A stretch of 64,000 bases of DNA from an uncultured Nitrospiraceae bacterium (GTDB lineage: Bacteria > Nitrospirota > Thermodesulfovibrionia > Thermodesulfovibrionales > UBA6898). Where the stretch lies: positions 320,001-384,000 of the forward strand of contig CAWEQH010000001.1 in assembly GCA_963811165.1 (NCBI GenBank), in the 5' to 3' direction. How positions within the stretch are numbered: position 1 is the stretch's first letter; each line of letters starts with the position of its first letter. The notes beneath the pieces are model-generated. The model was not told where the DNA came from, searched no databases, and saw only the letters and a list, made by a program, of their open reading frames with translations. The translations under genes and the position numbers were made by a program. Shown here in pieces: positions 16,535 through 25,764 of the stretch.

Positions 16535-19500
16535 GTGGTTCGGCCTGTACACGTTGCGGTAAAAGGAAGGGCCCGCTTTAAAGTAGCGGGCCTTTACCGG
16601 TCGGCCCTGCTCAAGGAGCGGATTGAACTCACCCTTAATTCACTCGACGGAATAAGAGAGGCATCGGCCGACACACGTACAGGCAATGTTTTAGTATATT
16701 TCAATTCCGAAAATACTCCCGGGTCAATCGCATCGGCAATCGCCGCTTCAATTTATGACTACAAATCTCAGCATCGTAACAACAATTCGCCGGAAAACAA
16801 AAAAGACGCAGTCGGCATCATACCAGCGCCGCGGGAAGAAGCTTCCAAAGAGCAGGTCAGGCCTGCTATCACGAGGAGGAAGTTAAGAAAGAGCATCATC
16901 AAGGCAGAGGAGCAAAAGCCTGATCCCTGGCACCAGATGGATGTCTGTGAAGTGGCCGGGCGGTTTGGCACCTCCCAGCACTACGGGCTTCCCAGTGACA
17001 TCGCAAAAACGAATCTGAAGCGGTATGGTCTCAATGTCCTTCCGGAGGCGGTGCCCCGCTCCGGGTTAAGCATCTTTCTGGGCCAGTTTAATTCACTTCC
17101 TGTGGCTCTGCTCGGCGTTGCTGCCGGGATTTCAATAGCCACGGGAGGCGTCGCCGACGCGATCGTAATTGCGGGGGTGGTGGTTATCAATGCGGTAATA
17201 GGGTATGGGACTGAAACCCAGACCGAAAAGACGATCCATGCATTGAAAAGCCTTGTCAGACCTTCTGCAACGGTCAAGCGGGACGATCAAATCATAGAGC
17301 TGGGAGCAGAGGAAGTCGTCCCCGGAGATCTGCTGATCCTCAGGCCAGGCAGTTATGTGCCGGCAGATGCAAGACTGCTTGAGACATATCACCTCAGTGT
17401 TGACGAGTCTGCCCTTACGGGAGAGAGTCTCCCTGTAATGAAGACAAGTCTGCCTTGCGCTGTCGAAGAAATCCCCCTTGCAGACAGGATCAACATGGTC
17501 TATATGGGGACTCTAGTGACCGGGGGGCAAGGGACCGCCGTGGTCGTGGCAACGGGCAGGTTTACCGAGATAGGAAAGATCCAGGCGCTCGTGGGAGAGG
17601 CGGAATCTCCAGACACCCCAATGGAGCGGCAGCTTCATAAGATGGGCACACAGCTAGTCTTTATAAGCGGAGCTGTCTGCGGACTTGTCTTTATTGTCGG
17701 ACTTCTGCGCGGATACGGTTTTTTGGAGATGCTCAAGAGTTCCATATCTCTTGCCGTTGCCGCAGTGCCGGAGGGACTCCCTACCGTTGCAACTACAACC
17801 CTGGCCCTGGGGATCAGGGACATGAGGCGGCACAACGTGCTCATCAGGCATCTAAACGCGGTCGAAACGCTGGGGGCCGTGCAGACGATCTGTCTTGACA
17901 AGACGGGGACAATCACGATGAACAGGATGTCGGTAGTCGCTGTCCATACCGGCATGAAACGATATGAGGTCTCAAATGGGACAATCGCGGCTTCACGGCA
18001 GAAGGTGAGCCCCTATTCAGTCGACGAACTTCTGAGACTCTTGCACGTGAGCGTGCTCTGCAGCGAAAGCGAGGTCGAAAGGGAAAAAGGTACTTATGCG
18101 GTCAGCGGCTCTCCTACCGAAAACGCCCTGATCTATATGGCGTTGAACGCCGGCATTAATGCCGTTTCTCTCAGGGAGAGGTTCCCCGTGTTGAATATCA
18201 CTCATCGTTCGGAAAGTCACAATTATATGTCTACTGTCCACAAATCTGAAAATGGATCGGTCATCATTGCGGTAAAGGGGAGCCCCGGAGAGGTCCTTTC
18301 AATCTGCAGCTGGCACATGAAAGACGGAGAGAAGCTTCCTTTGACGGAGGAGGAAATGCTTTTCATAGAGACGGAAAATGAACGCATGGCCGGTCAGGCG
18401 CTCAGGGTCCTCGGCGTTGCCTATTCAGCAAAGGACGATGAGGCGGCCCTTTCCGAAGATAGAAGCGATCTTCATGAAGACCTGATATGGCTCGGGCTCG
18501 TCGGTATGGCAGACCCCATCAGGGAAAATGTGAAAGAACTGGTACACGGGTTCCACGAAGCCGGAATCGATACGGTCATGATAACGGGCGACCAGAGCCC
18601 TACCGCGTATGCGATAGGAAAGGAATTAAATCTGAGCGACAACGGAGACCTCGAAATCCTTGACTCTACGCACCTTGCGAAAATCGAGCCCGAGGTCATG
18701 AAGGCCCTCTGTGAAAGGGTACACGTCTTTGCCCGCGTCAGTCCTGCACATAAGCTCCAGATTGTCCAGGCGCTCCAGTCCGCCGGGAAAGTGGTTGCAA
18801 TGACCGGAGACGGGATCAACGACGGCCCGGCGCTCAAGGCAGCGGATATCGGGATCGCCATGGGCCATACGGGCACCGATGTCGCCCGCGAGGTGGCCGA
18901 CGTGATCATCGAAGACGACAATCTCGAAACAATGCTTATCGCGGTAAGCGAAGGAAGGACGATCTATAACAATATCAGAAAGTCCGTCCACTTTCTCCTT
19001 TCGACCAACCTCAGCGAGATCATGGTGATGTTCACCGCAATATCGGGAGGACTCGGACAGCCGCTCAATGCGATGCAGCTGCTGTGGATCAATCTTATTA
19101 GCGATATATTCCCGGGGCTTGCCCTTGCCCTTGAACTTCCGGAGCCGGATGTGTTGAGCCGCTCCCCCCGCGACCCACACGAGCCGATTGTAAGAAATTC
19201 CGATTTCAAGCGGATAGCTTTCGAGTCGGCAATGCTTTCCGCTGGTTCCCTGGGGGCTTACGGGTATGGCATCGCCCGCTATGGGATAGGACCGCGGGCA
19301 GGTTCGCTTGCATTCCTCAGCCTTACGGCAGGACAGCTTCTTCACGCCCTGAGCTGCCGTTCCGAGCAGCATAGCATGTTCAGCGCCGAGAGACTGCCCC
19401 GAAACAAGTATCTTGAAATGGCACTGGGCGGTTCCTTTGCGCTTCAGATACTGGCAGTGACTGTCCCCGGTCTTAGGAGACTTTTGGGAATAGGTCCTCT

Positions 19501-19594
19501 CAGTATCCTCGACGGTCTCGTGATCGGCGGAAGCGCCGCTTTTCCGCTTCTTGTAAACGAGGCGACGAAATCCTCCTTGAGGTTGGCAAGATGA
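16535..19594 (+). CDS. P-type ATPase of SERCA/P2A type with N-terminal HMA2-type domain
   Basis: LTGES, AAVPEGLP, DKTGT, KGSPG, MITGD, TGDGINDGPALK, STNLSE, LWINLISD; N-terminus HVAVKGRARFKV...DTRTGNVLVYF. Confidence 0.9.
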   Translation: MVRPVHVAVKGRARFKVAGLYRSALLKERIELTLNSLDGIREASADTRTGNVLVYFNSENTPGSIASAIAASIYDYKSQHRNNNSPENKKDAVGIIPAPREEASKEQVRPAITRRKLRKSIIKAEEQKPDPWHQMDVCEVAGRFGTSQHYGLPSDIAKTNLKRYGLNVLPEAVPRSGLSIFLGQFNSLPVALLGVAAGISIATGGVADAIVIAGVVVINAVIGYGTETQTEKTIHALKSLVRPSATVKRDDQIIELGAEEVVPGDLLILRPGSYVPADARLLETYHLSVDESALTGESLPVMKTSLPCAVEEIPLADRINMVYMGTLVTGGQGTAVVVATGRFTEIGKIQALVGEAESPDTPMERQLHKMGTQLVFISGAVCGLVFIVGLLRGYGFLEMLKSSISLAVAAVPEGLPTVATTTLALGIRDMRRHNVLIRHLNAVETLGAVQTICLDKTGTITMNRMSVVAVHTGMKRYEVSNGTIAASRQKVSPYSVDELLRLLHVSVLCSESEVEREKGTYAVSGSPTENALIYMALNAGINAVSLRERFPVLNITHRSESHNYMSTVHKSENGSVIIAVKGSPGEVLSICSWHMKDGEKLPLTEEEMLFIETENERMAGQALRVLGVAYSAKDDEAALSEDRSDLHEDLIWLGLVGMADPIRENVKELVHGFHEAGIDTVMITGDQSPTAYAIGKELNLSDNGDLEILDSTHLAKIEPEVMKALCERVHVFARVSPAHKLQIVQALQSAGKVVAMTGDGINDGPALKAADIGIAMGHTGTDVAREVADVIIEDDNLETMLIAVSEGRTIYNNIRKSVHFLLSTNLSEIMVMFTAISGGLGQPLNAMQLLWINLISDIFPGLALALELPEPDVLSRSPRDPHEPIVRNSDFKRIAFESAMLSAGSLGAYGYGIARYGIGPRAGSLAFLSLTAGQLLHALSCRSEQHSMFSAERLPRNKYLEMALGGSFALQILAVTVPGLRRLLGIGPLSILDGLVIGGSAAFPLLVNEATKSSLRLAR

Positions 19595-20802
19595 AAAAAG
19601 ACTTCATATTTACCTCCGAATCGGTTACCGAAGGCCATCCCGACAAACTCTGTGATCAGATCAGCGACGCGCTTGTCGACCACTTCCTTCAGCAGGACCC
19701 TTTTTCGCGGGTCATTGCCGAATGTGCCGTATCAACGGCGATCATTTTCATCGCCGCGAGGTTTTCGTCCGACGCCAGTGTCGATTTCCCGAATATCGCC
19801 AGACAGGTCATCAACCAGATCGGGTATGACCAGCAGGCCTTTAACGCCAAGACCTGCAGCATAGTCACAAGCCTCAAGGAAGTGCCCTCCGAGGAAAACC
19901 GGCGCTTTGACGAGAGAAATCTGACGGAAGACGAAATCGACGCTATCCCCGTCCGTAATCAGGTCACGGTATTCGGATTTGCCTGCAACCAGACGCCCTC
20001 GCTGATGCCCCTTCCGATCTGGCTCGCCCATCGACTTGCACGAAAACTGACCGCAGTGAGACTCCAAAAGGTACTTCCCTATCTGGCGCCCGACGGAAAA
20101 ACCCAGGTCGGCGTGGAGTATAAAAATGGAAGGCCCTACCGGGTCCATACCATAACGGTCATAGCCAGTCAGAGTAAGACGGAGAAGTCGGGCGGCCCCG
20201 ACCTTAAGAGTCTTTATGGTGATATGCTGGATACCGTCATTCGTCCTGCCTTTGTTGACGAGGAGATCAGGCCCGATGCCGACACAAGGATATTCATAAA
20301 CCCCGATGGTCCATTTATCACGGGCGGGCCCTCAGTGCATTCAGGGCTCACGGGGAGGAAAAATGCGATCGACACCTATGGTGAATATTCCAGGCAAAGC
20401 GGCGCGGCGCTCAGCGGCAAGGACCCTCTTCGGATAGACAGAATCGGCGCGTATGCCGCCCGGTATGCGGCAAAAAATATTGTTGCCGCGGGCATCGCCG
20501 CCGAATGCGAAATCCAGTTGAGTTATTCCATAGGGCTTTCCCGTCCCGTAAGCATCCAGGTGGAAACGTTCGGCACAGGCCGGATTTCCGACGAAGAGAT
20601 CTCCAGGATTATCGAAGGCCGGTTTGATTTCCGCCTCGCAGGGATTGTCCGCCAGTTCAACCTCAGATTTCTCCCTTCCATAATCAAGGGAGGTTTTTAC
20701 AGAAAACTCGCCTCGTATGGTCATGTCGGCAGAATGGATATCGGTCTTCCCTGGGAATTGACGGATAAGGCAGGCATAATTCGTGACGAAGTTGCCGGGT
20801 GA
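19591..20802 (+). CDS. metK: Divergent methionine adenosyltransferase (MetK) paralogue
   Basis: FTSESVTEGHPDK, GLTGRK, SGKDP, YGHVGR present, but GAGDQG and other substrate residues replaced; ATGA overlap with the ATPase. Confidence 0.8.
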   Translation: MKKDFIFTSESVTEGHPDKLCDQISDALVDHFLQQDPFSRVIAECAVSTAIIFIAARFSSDASVDFPNIARQVINQIGYDQQAFNAKTCSIVTSLKEVPSEENRRFDERNLTEDEIDAIPVRNQVTVFGFACNQTPSLMPLPIWLAHRLARKLTAVRLQKVLPYLAPDGKTQVGVEYKNGRPYRVHTITVIASQSKTEKSGGPDLKSLYGDMLDTVIRPAFVDEEIRPDADTRIFINPDGPFITGGPSVHSGLTGRKNAIDTYGEYSRQSGAALSGKDPLRIDRIGAYAARYAAKNIVAAGIAAECEIQLSYSIGLSRPVSIQVETFGTGRISDEEISRIIEGRFDFRLAGIVRQFNLRFLPSIIKGGFYRKLASYGHVGRMDIGLPWELTDKAGIIRDEVAG

Positions 20803-20853
20803 GAGACTCATTACGAGCCTCATAATTGAATAGACATTATTCAGAATTCAGAA

Positions 20854-20952
20854 AATCTCCCCCCCTCTTTACCAGAGAGGGGATTATCCCTCTCCTTTTC
20901 TCCCCGGCGAACCCGCCTGTGTGCGGTGACAAAGGGAGGGCAGGTGGGATTT
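20854..20952. repeat. REP-like palindromic element between convergent genes
   Basis: CCCCTCT-n6-AGAGGGG hairpin and CCCTC...GAGGG arms. Confidence 0.4.
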
Positions 20953-21001
20953 TATAAAACCGTTTCTTCAACAGGGAGGTACGAGATATCCTCTTCCTAG
21001 T

Positions 21002-21877
21002 TTAGACGAAATCTTGCGTGAGATACTCTGCCGGTTCTTTCTGCTGTTTTTGTTCGTAGAGTTCAAGATAGATGTCTGAGAACCCGTACTTCTTGCGAAG
21101 ACTCTGTTTCATCTCCTTCACCCCGGCGCGGTCATAGGTCGTCCCGTTTGTTCTAATTCGTACCAGCAAGATAATTTTTTCCGGGGACAGACCCCATATG
21201 TGGAGATCCTTCACGCTGCTTATATCAGGGAAATTCGTATAGATGAATTTTTCAATCTCCGCGGGGTCTATCTTTGCGGGGTTGCCTTCCATGAGGATAT
21301 GCACGCTCTCCTTTACCAGAAAGTAGGTCGGATACGCGACGAGGAGTCCAATGATGACTGCGGTAAGGGGGTCCAGGAAATAGAGGCCCGTGAACTTTAT
21401 GACAATGGAAGAGGTTATGACCCCGACTGACCCCAGTGCATCGTTTGCGATCAGCAATAGCGCGCCTTTAAGGTTGATGTCTGCCGAGTGCCTGTAAAAC
21501 ATGATGAACCCATACGCATTGACTGCAAGTCCTATCACTGCGATTAAGAGTACCTTGTCTGCCTCGAGTGGCTGGGGATGCATGATCTTGCTATACGCGT
21601 CGGCAAAGACATAAAAAAGGAGAAACCCTACCAGTATCCCGTTGAACAGGCCCGAGATCACCTTGGCCCGTTCGTACCCGAATGTCTTGGTTTTGGTAGG
21701 CAGGCGCTTTGCGAGCCGCGCAACATAAAACGCGACGAATTGACCGGTGATATTGATCGCCATGAAAGAGGCATCGGTAACCAGGGCCAGGCTTCGGTAA
21801 TAAAGCCCGCCGAAGAGTTCGACAAAGAAGTATGCAATCGTCAGAAGGAGAACAGTTTTTTGCTGATTACTATCCAT
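21002..21877 (-). CDS. Cation diffusion facilitator (CzcD/ZitB-like) with non-canonical metal site
   Basis: SLALVTDA, KTFGYER, NLKGA...DALGSVGV, KDLHIW; six TM segments. Confidence 0.85.
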   Translation of the reverse strand: MDSNQQKTVLLLTIAYFFVELFGGLYYRSLALVTDASFMAINITGQFVAFYVARLAKRLPTKTKTFGYERAKVISGLFNGILVGFLLFYVFADAYSKIMHPQPLEADKVLLIAVIGLAVNAYGFIMFYRHSADINLKGALLLIANDALGSVGVITSSIVIKFTGLYFLDPLTAVIIGLLVAYPTYFLVKESVHILMEGNPAKIDPAEIEKFIYTNFPDISSVKDLHIWGLSPEKIILLVRIRTNGTTYDRAGVKEMKQSLRKKYGFSDIYLELYEQKQQKEPAEYLTQDFV

Positions 21878-22141
21878 GTCTTAACAGTGTTGACAGCCAG
21901 CTTTTCGGAGAGTCTTCCAAATAATGGCCAACGACATCTTTCACAGCCTTACCGAGCGAGATGTACATACTTTAATGCCTCGCTAACACTGTGTCCAACG
22001 ATTAATTCATTACTTGCCTATCCTATAGCAATAAAAGCAGAGGCAATTGGCAACCCGAAGGGCTCTTAACGCTGTGGTATAGTAATAAAAGGCCGGGGAT
22101 ATTCCGTAAAAAAAGGGAAACGAAAGGGAGGTCTTATTGAA

Positions 22142-22486
22142 ATGGACTACTACATCCATTATACGCATGGAAGGATGAGAATACAGACCCCTCATCTTCA
22201 CGAAAATCCCGCCAAGGCGAAAGAACTTGAGGACTTTCTCAAAAAAGTTTCGGGCATACTGTCGGTCGAAACAAATCCCGTTACGGGCAGCGCCCTGTTT
22301 TATTTTGACGAGAAAAAGATAAACTGCGAACAGATAATCTGCATGCTCGAAAAGAACCATTATCTTTGTCTCCTCAAGGCAGAGACGAACGATCAAGTCG
22401 TTAAAAAAACAGCCGAGAAGGTCCTGGGATTTGCCGAGAAGGTCGTTGTCGATTCCCTCGGGGAGGGACCCATTGAGGGTGAATGA
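22142..22486 (+). CDS. HMA2-type domain protein
   Basis: YIHYTHGRMRIQTP...GILSVETNPVTGSALFYFD; RBS AGGGAGG; paralogue of 32565..32933. Confidence 0.8.
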   Translation: MDYYIHYTHGRMRIQTPHLHENPAKAKELEDFLKKVSGILSVETNPVTGSALFYFDEKKINCEQIICMLEKNHYLCLLKAETNDQVVKKTAEKVLGFAEKVVVDSLGEGPIEGE

Positions 22487-22549
22487 AGTGCTATAGATAG
22501 TGGCAACAGGACCGACCAAGAGATGTACCTTAGCATCAGATAAAGCCAA

Positions 22550-22792
22550 TTATATTGCAACGGCCAAAACAAAAGGCGAGATTAAAAGCATAAATCCGGT
22601 CCAAAAAATCCATCTCTCTTTTGCCGATAGATTGCTCCAGTATCTCTCGAGTAAGGAGTTTTCACCCGATTTAACAGCCCCCGCTCTTGAAATGATCCGG
22701 CTCTCGACATAGCTTATTTCTATAGCGCCCATTGCGCACAAACTACTAATTATTATTTCTGCAGTTTTTACCATATTGCCCATCGCCCCCAT
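22550..22792 (-). CDS. Small two-TM hypothetical protein
   Basis: Two hydrophobic segments; no recognisable family. Confidence 0.45.
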   Translation of the reverse strand: MGAMGNMVKTAEIIISSLCAMGAIEISYVESRIISRAGAVKSGENSLLERYWSNLSAKERWIFWTGFMLLISPFVLAVAI

Positions 22793-23271
22793 ACAAAATG
22801 ATTGAGGTGCCTTTCTCAGATCGACTCTTCATCATAGGGCCTGCACGCTAAGGGTATCCGGTCTCTTTATGAGTAAAGAATAACAATTTCTCCTATCAAA
22901 GTGAATGCAATCATAGGCAGATAATGAAAAAACAGCAGAGGGTATCTCACATCCTCCGGAGCTTTGGTGATACACTTTAATCCAGAGAACCGATAGGCCA
23001 AATCCTTTCGAGAAGGAGGAGATGAGTCGGGTACTACAAGCAACGTTCCGCAAATTTTCGTAGGATAAGCGATGGCAAGTCGGCCTGGTTACGTATAAAC
23101 ATTTGTTGTGCCTATTACAGGCGGAGGGGTGTAATGAATGCTGAAGCGACCGGTAACGTACATGACGGCCCTTTCCGAAGCCATACCATGACATAGAGAA
23201 GGGCGATTACGGAGCAGTCTTTTCTATTTGCAATGTTCTTTTTTTACTTTTTTTGTAAGGATGAGGGAATC

Positions 23272-23493
23272 ATGGAAGGTGTATGTCCGTATGACAACGA
23301 TGCGGAAGAGAGACAACATGCGAAGGCCATCCAGATGCTCGCAAGAGATTTGGGCGTGCCCGAGAAGAAGATAAGAGAACTTTACGAGGAATTTCTTTGC
23401 AGTATCAAGGGAGGGGCAAGGATAAAGGATTATCTCACTGTTTTGGCGAGTCGTAACGTAAAAGAGGTGATAAGGAGGGGTTCGCTTCAGTAA
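23272..23493 (+). CDS. Small helical protein, DUF3562-like
   Basis: AIQMLARDLGV...ARIKDYLTVLASRNVKE pattern; RBS GAGGG. Confidence 0.65.
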   Translation: MEGVCPYDNDAEERQHAKAIQMLARDLGVPEKKIRELYEEFLCSIKGGARIKDYLTVLASRNVKEVIRRGSLQ

Positions 23494-23639
23494 CCGCATC
23501 GAGGCGGAGGGAATTTGTAAGCTGTCTCTTTGGTAGTACCGAGGATCTTATGTCTAGCCGATAGTTCCCACTGTGTGAATTCAAGCCAGTCAGTTCATCC
23601 CGGCTGATTCCATTCGCGTTTTTTCCGCAGTACGTACAA

Positions 23640-23694
23640 TTTCACGGAATTTTAATTCAATCGTAATGATAGGGTAATTTGAGAATTGTACAAT
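23640..23694 (+). promoter_or_regulatory. Pho-box-type promoter
   Basis: TTTCAC-n5-TTTAAT-n5-CGTAAT-n5-GGTAAT-n10-TACAAT. Confidence 0.8.
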
Positions 23695-23732
23695 GCAGTA
23701 TCGATTCAAATTTTTTTTCCGAGGGAACCAAA

Positions 23733-23936
23733 ATGGAGGATAAGGGAAAGGAGGAGATGGCAATGAATGTGGACCTGCATGATGTAATACAGCAGCTTGC
23801 ATGCGAACTCTATGTGAAAAGCGGAAAGGCTGAGGGTCGTGATCTTAACAACTGGATCGAGGCGGAATGGATTATCACAAATCGCTTCGCGCGTACCGAA
23901 GATCTCAACAATATCTTCGCAGAAGTGGCGGGGTGA
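23733..23936 (+). CDS. DUF2934-like small protein
   Basis: IQQLACELYVKSGKAEGRDLNNWIEAE; start may be 23757. Confidence 0.7.
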   Translation: MEDKGKEEMAMNVDLHDVIQQLACELYVKSGKAEGRDLNNWIEAEWIITNRFARTEDLNNIFAEVAG

Positions 23937-24070
23937 TTAAGGTCGGCACTCTGGTGGGCATGAGTATAGTGACCACAGGGAAAGCTCAAGGCTGAGCCGT
24001 GATCGGTCGTATGAAGTGCCGGACGATCGTAAAGACATCGTTGAATTCTCACTTAATAACTAGGAGGCAA

Positions 24071-24547
24071 ATGGTGACAAAGAATGGATCGAAGGAATTA
24101 GCAAAAGGAAAACCGGTAAAGCCTGTTTCTCCCGTCGCAACCAAACAAAATCTTGGCAAGAAGGACCAAATAAAAAAGGGGAAGGGCCTGCAAGAGACAG
24201 CGCCGGAGCGTGAGACTCAAAGCAGGCCGGAAAAAGGAAATGGAGGTATAGAGAGAACGTATGTACCTGAGGCCTCCTCCTGCGAGGTAATCTTTCGACT
24301 GCCAGGGGAATTGGCCGGCGTTGCCAAAAAGGCTTCACTCGTCGGTGATTTCACCCATTGGGAAAAAGGCGCGCTGCCGATGAAGAGGCTCAAAAGCGGT
24401 GACTTTGAAATAATCCTTGAATTACCATCCAATGCGGAATATAGGTTCCGGTATCTCATCGATGAGTGTCGGTGGGAGAATGATCCTCATGCCGATGCAT
24501 ACAACCCCAATCCTTATGGGTGTGAGGATTCAGTGCTTATCGTCTGA
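24071..24547 (+). CDS. Isoamylase early-set/CBM48 (AMPK-type glycogen-binding) domain protein with Lys-rich N-terminus
   Basis: VIFRLP, LVGDFTHW, YRFRYLIDECRWENDPHAD; RBS AGGAGG. Confidence 0.8.
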   Translation: MVTKNGSKELAKGKPVKPVSPVATKQNLGKKDQIKKGKGLQETAPERETQSRPEKGNGGIERTYVPEASSCEVIFRLPGELAGVAKKASLVGDFTHWEKGALPMKRLKSGDFEIILELPSNAEYRFRYLIDECRWENDPHADAYNPNPYGCEDSVLIV

Positions 24548-24735
24548 GCCTTCCGGCGCCGACCCTGCTGAGTCCATAGGCCGGCCGATCAATCTTGCCG
24601 CGAAGGTAATTGTGGTAAGAGGGGCTTTTCGGGCGCAGGCAGGCGGGTAATCCAAAACAGGATGTCCGGGACGATTACGTGCGCCTGTTCTACGGGCAGC
24701 CGCAGCCAACTTTCCTATACGGAACAGTTGCCTGA

Positions 24736-24791
24736 TTTAACAAACAATTGATGCAGCATTCATTATGGCGTAACAACGATTCTGATTTAAT
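24736..24791 (+). promoter_or_regulatory. Pho-box-type promoter for the pentapeptide-repeat/phosphatase operon
   Basis: TTTAAC-n5-ATTGAT-n5-ATTCAT-n5-CGTAAC-n11-TTTAAT. Confidence 0.6.
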
Positions 24792-24895
24792 AGCTATAGG
24801 ATATTTCGCTGATCTTGGCGAAGGGCACAGGGGATGGATATGCGACTAACGATCCCTTTGTGAAATAGTGATTGCATCCGATGAGGAGATCGAAA

Positions 24896-25708
24896 ATGAA
24901 GATAAGGCCTGTAGCACTGATGGGGGTAACCATTTTTTTCGTACTTCAGATAGGCACTATCGTGTACGGTTTCAAGCCGGCTGATCTGGATAGATTGAGG
25001 GCAACCAATCAATGTCCCCAGTGTGACCTGAGCGGGGCGGACCTGAGCGGGCTGGACCTGGCGGGGCAGGATCTCAACGGGGCGGACCTGAGCGGGGCGA
25101 ACCTGAGCGGGACGGACCTGAGCGGGACGGACCTGAGCGGGGTGAACCTTAACGGGGCGAACCTGGGCGGGGCGAACCTCAACGGGGTGGACCTGAGCGG
25201 GGCGAACCTCAACGGGGCGGACCTAAACGGAGGGGACCTCAACGGGGGAAACCTGGACGGGGTGGACCTGAGCGGGGCGAACCTCAACGGGGTGACCCTA
25301 AGCGGTGTGAACCTGGACGAGGTGAACCTCAGAGGGGCGGACCTGGAAGGGGCCAACCTAGAAGGGGCCAACCTCAACGTGGTGAACCTGGACGAAGTGA
25401 ATCTGACCGGGGTGAACCTGGACAAGGTGAACCTGGCTGGCACAGACACGGCCGAAACGAACCCGGATGGAACGAACCCAAAAGAGACTAGCACAAAGGG
25501 AGCTAATCCGCATGAAGCGAACCCGGATGGAGCGAATCCGGATAGCGCTGATCAGAACGTGCCAAGCGCGGATAGTGCGTCTTTGAGGGACGCAGATCTT
25601 TCAACCTTGGATAAGCAGGGCAATAGATCCAGCAACAACGGCAGCCCTCTTTTGACTGCCGGACAGCAGATAGTCACCATAAAAGGGGGTGAGATAAAGA
25701 TTCATTAG
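24896..25708 (+). CDS. Exported acidic pentapeptide-repeat protein
   Basis: Signal peptide, CPQCDL cap, long run of A(D/N)LxG repeats, then xNPDG-type repeats. Confidence 0.85.
   Translation: MKIRPVALMGVTIFFVLQIGTIVYGFKPADLDRLRATNQCPQCDLSGADLSGLDLAGQDLNGADLSGANLSGTDLSGTDLSGVNLNGANLGGANLNGVDLSGANLNGADLNGGDLNGGNLDGVDLSGANLNGVTLSGVNLDEVNLRGADLEGANLEGANLNVVNLDEVNLTGVNLDKVNLAGTDTAETNPDGTNPKETSTKGANPHEANPDGANPDSADQNVPSADSASLRDADLSTLDKQGNRSSNNGSPLLTAGQQIVTIKGGEIKIH
25025..25440 (+). repeat. 15-bp tandem repeat encoding the pentapeptide units
   Basis: Iterated variants of GGGGCG(G/A)ACCTGAGC / GGGGTGAACCTCAAC. Confidence 0.8.
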
Positions 25709-25764
25709 GCATTGCAGGGTGAGAAGCGTCAATAACAGCAGCATACCATAAACAAAAAGGAGAG

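Noticed and set aside
21880..22140. Pho boxes for the CDF and the 22142 HMA2 gene
   Set aside because: Scattered hexamers without a consistent 11-bp phase
13918..22486. Magnetosome gene cluster
   Set aside because: HMA2, GxxxG and CDF proteins are reminiscent, but no mamA/B/E/K/M/Q-like genes are recognisable, and feoB lies far away in a housekeeping context
25025..25440. Regular short repeats resembling a CRISPR array
   Set aside because: 15-bp units with no unique spacers, in frame within a pentapeptide-repeat CDS; no cas genes
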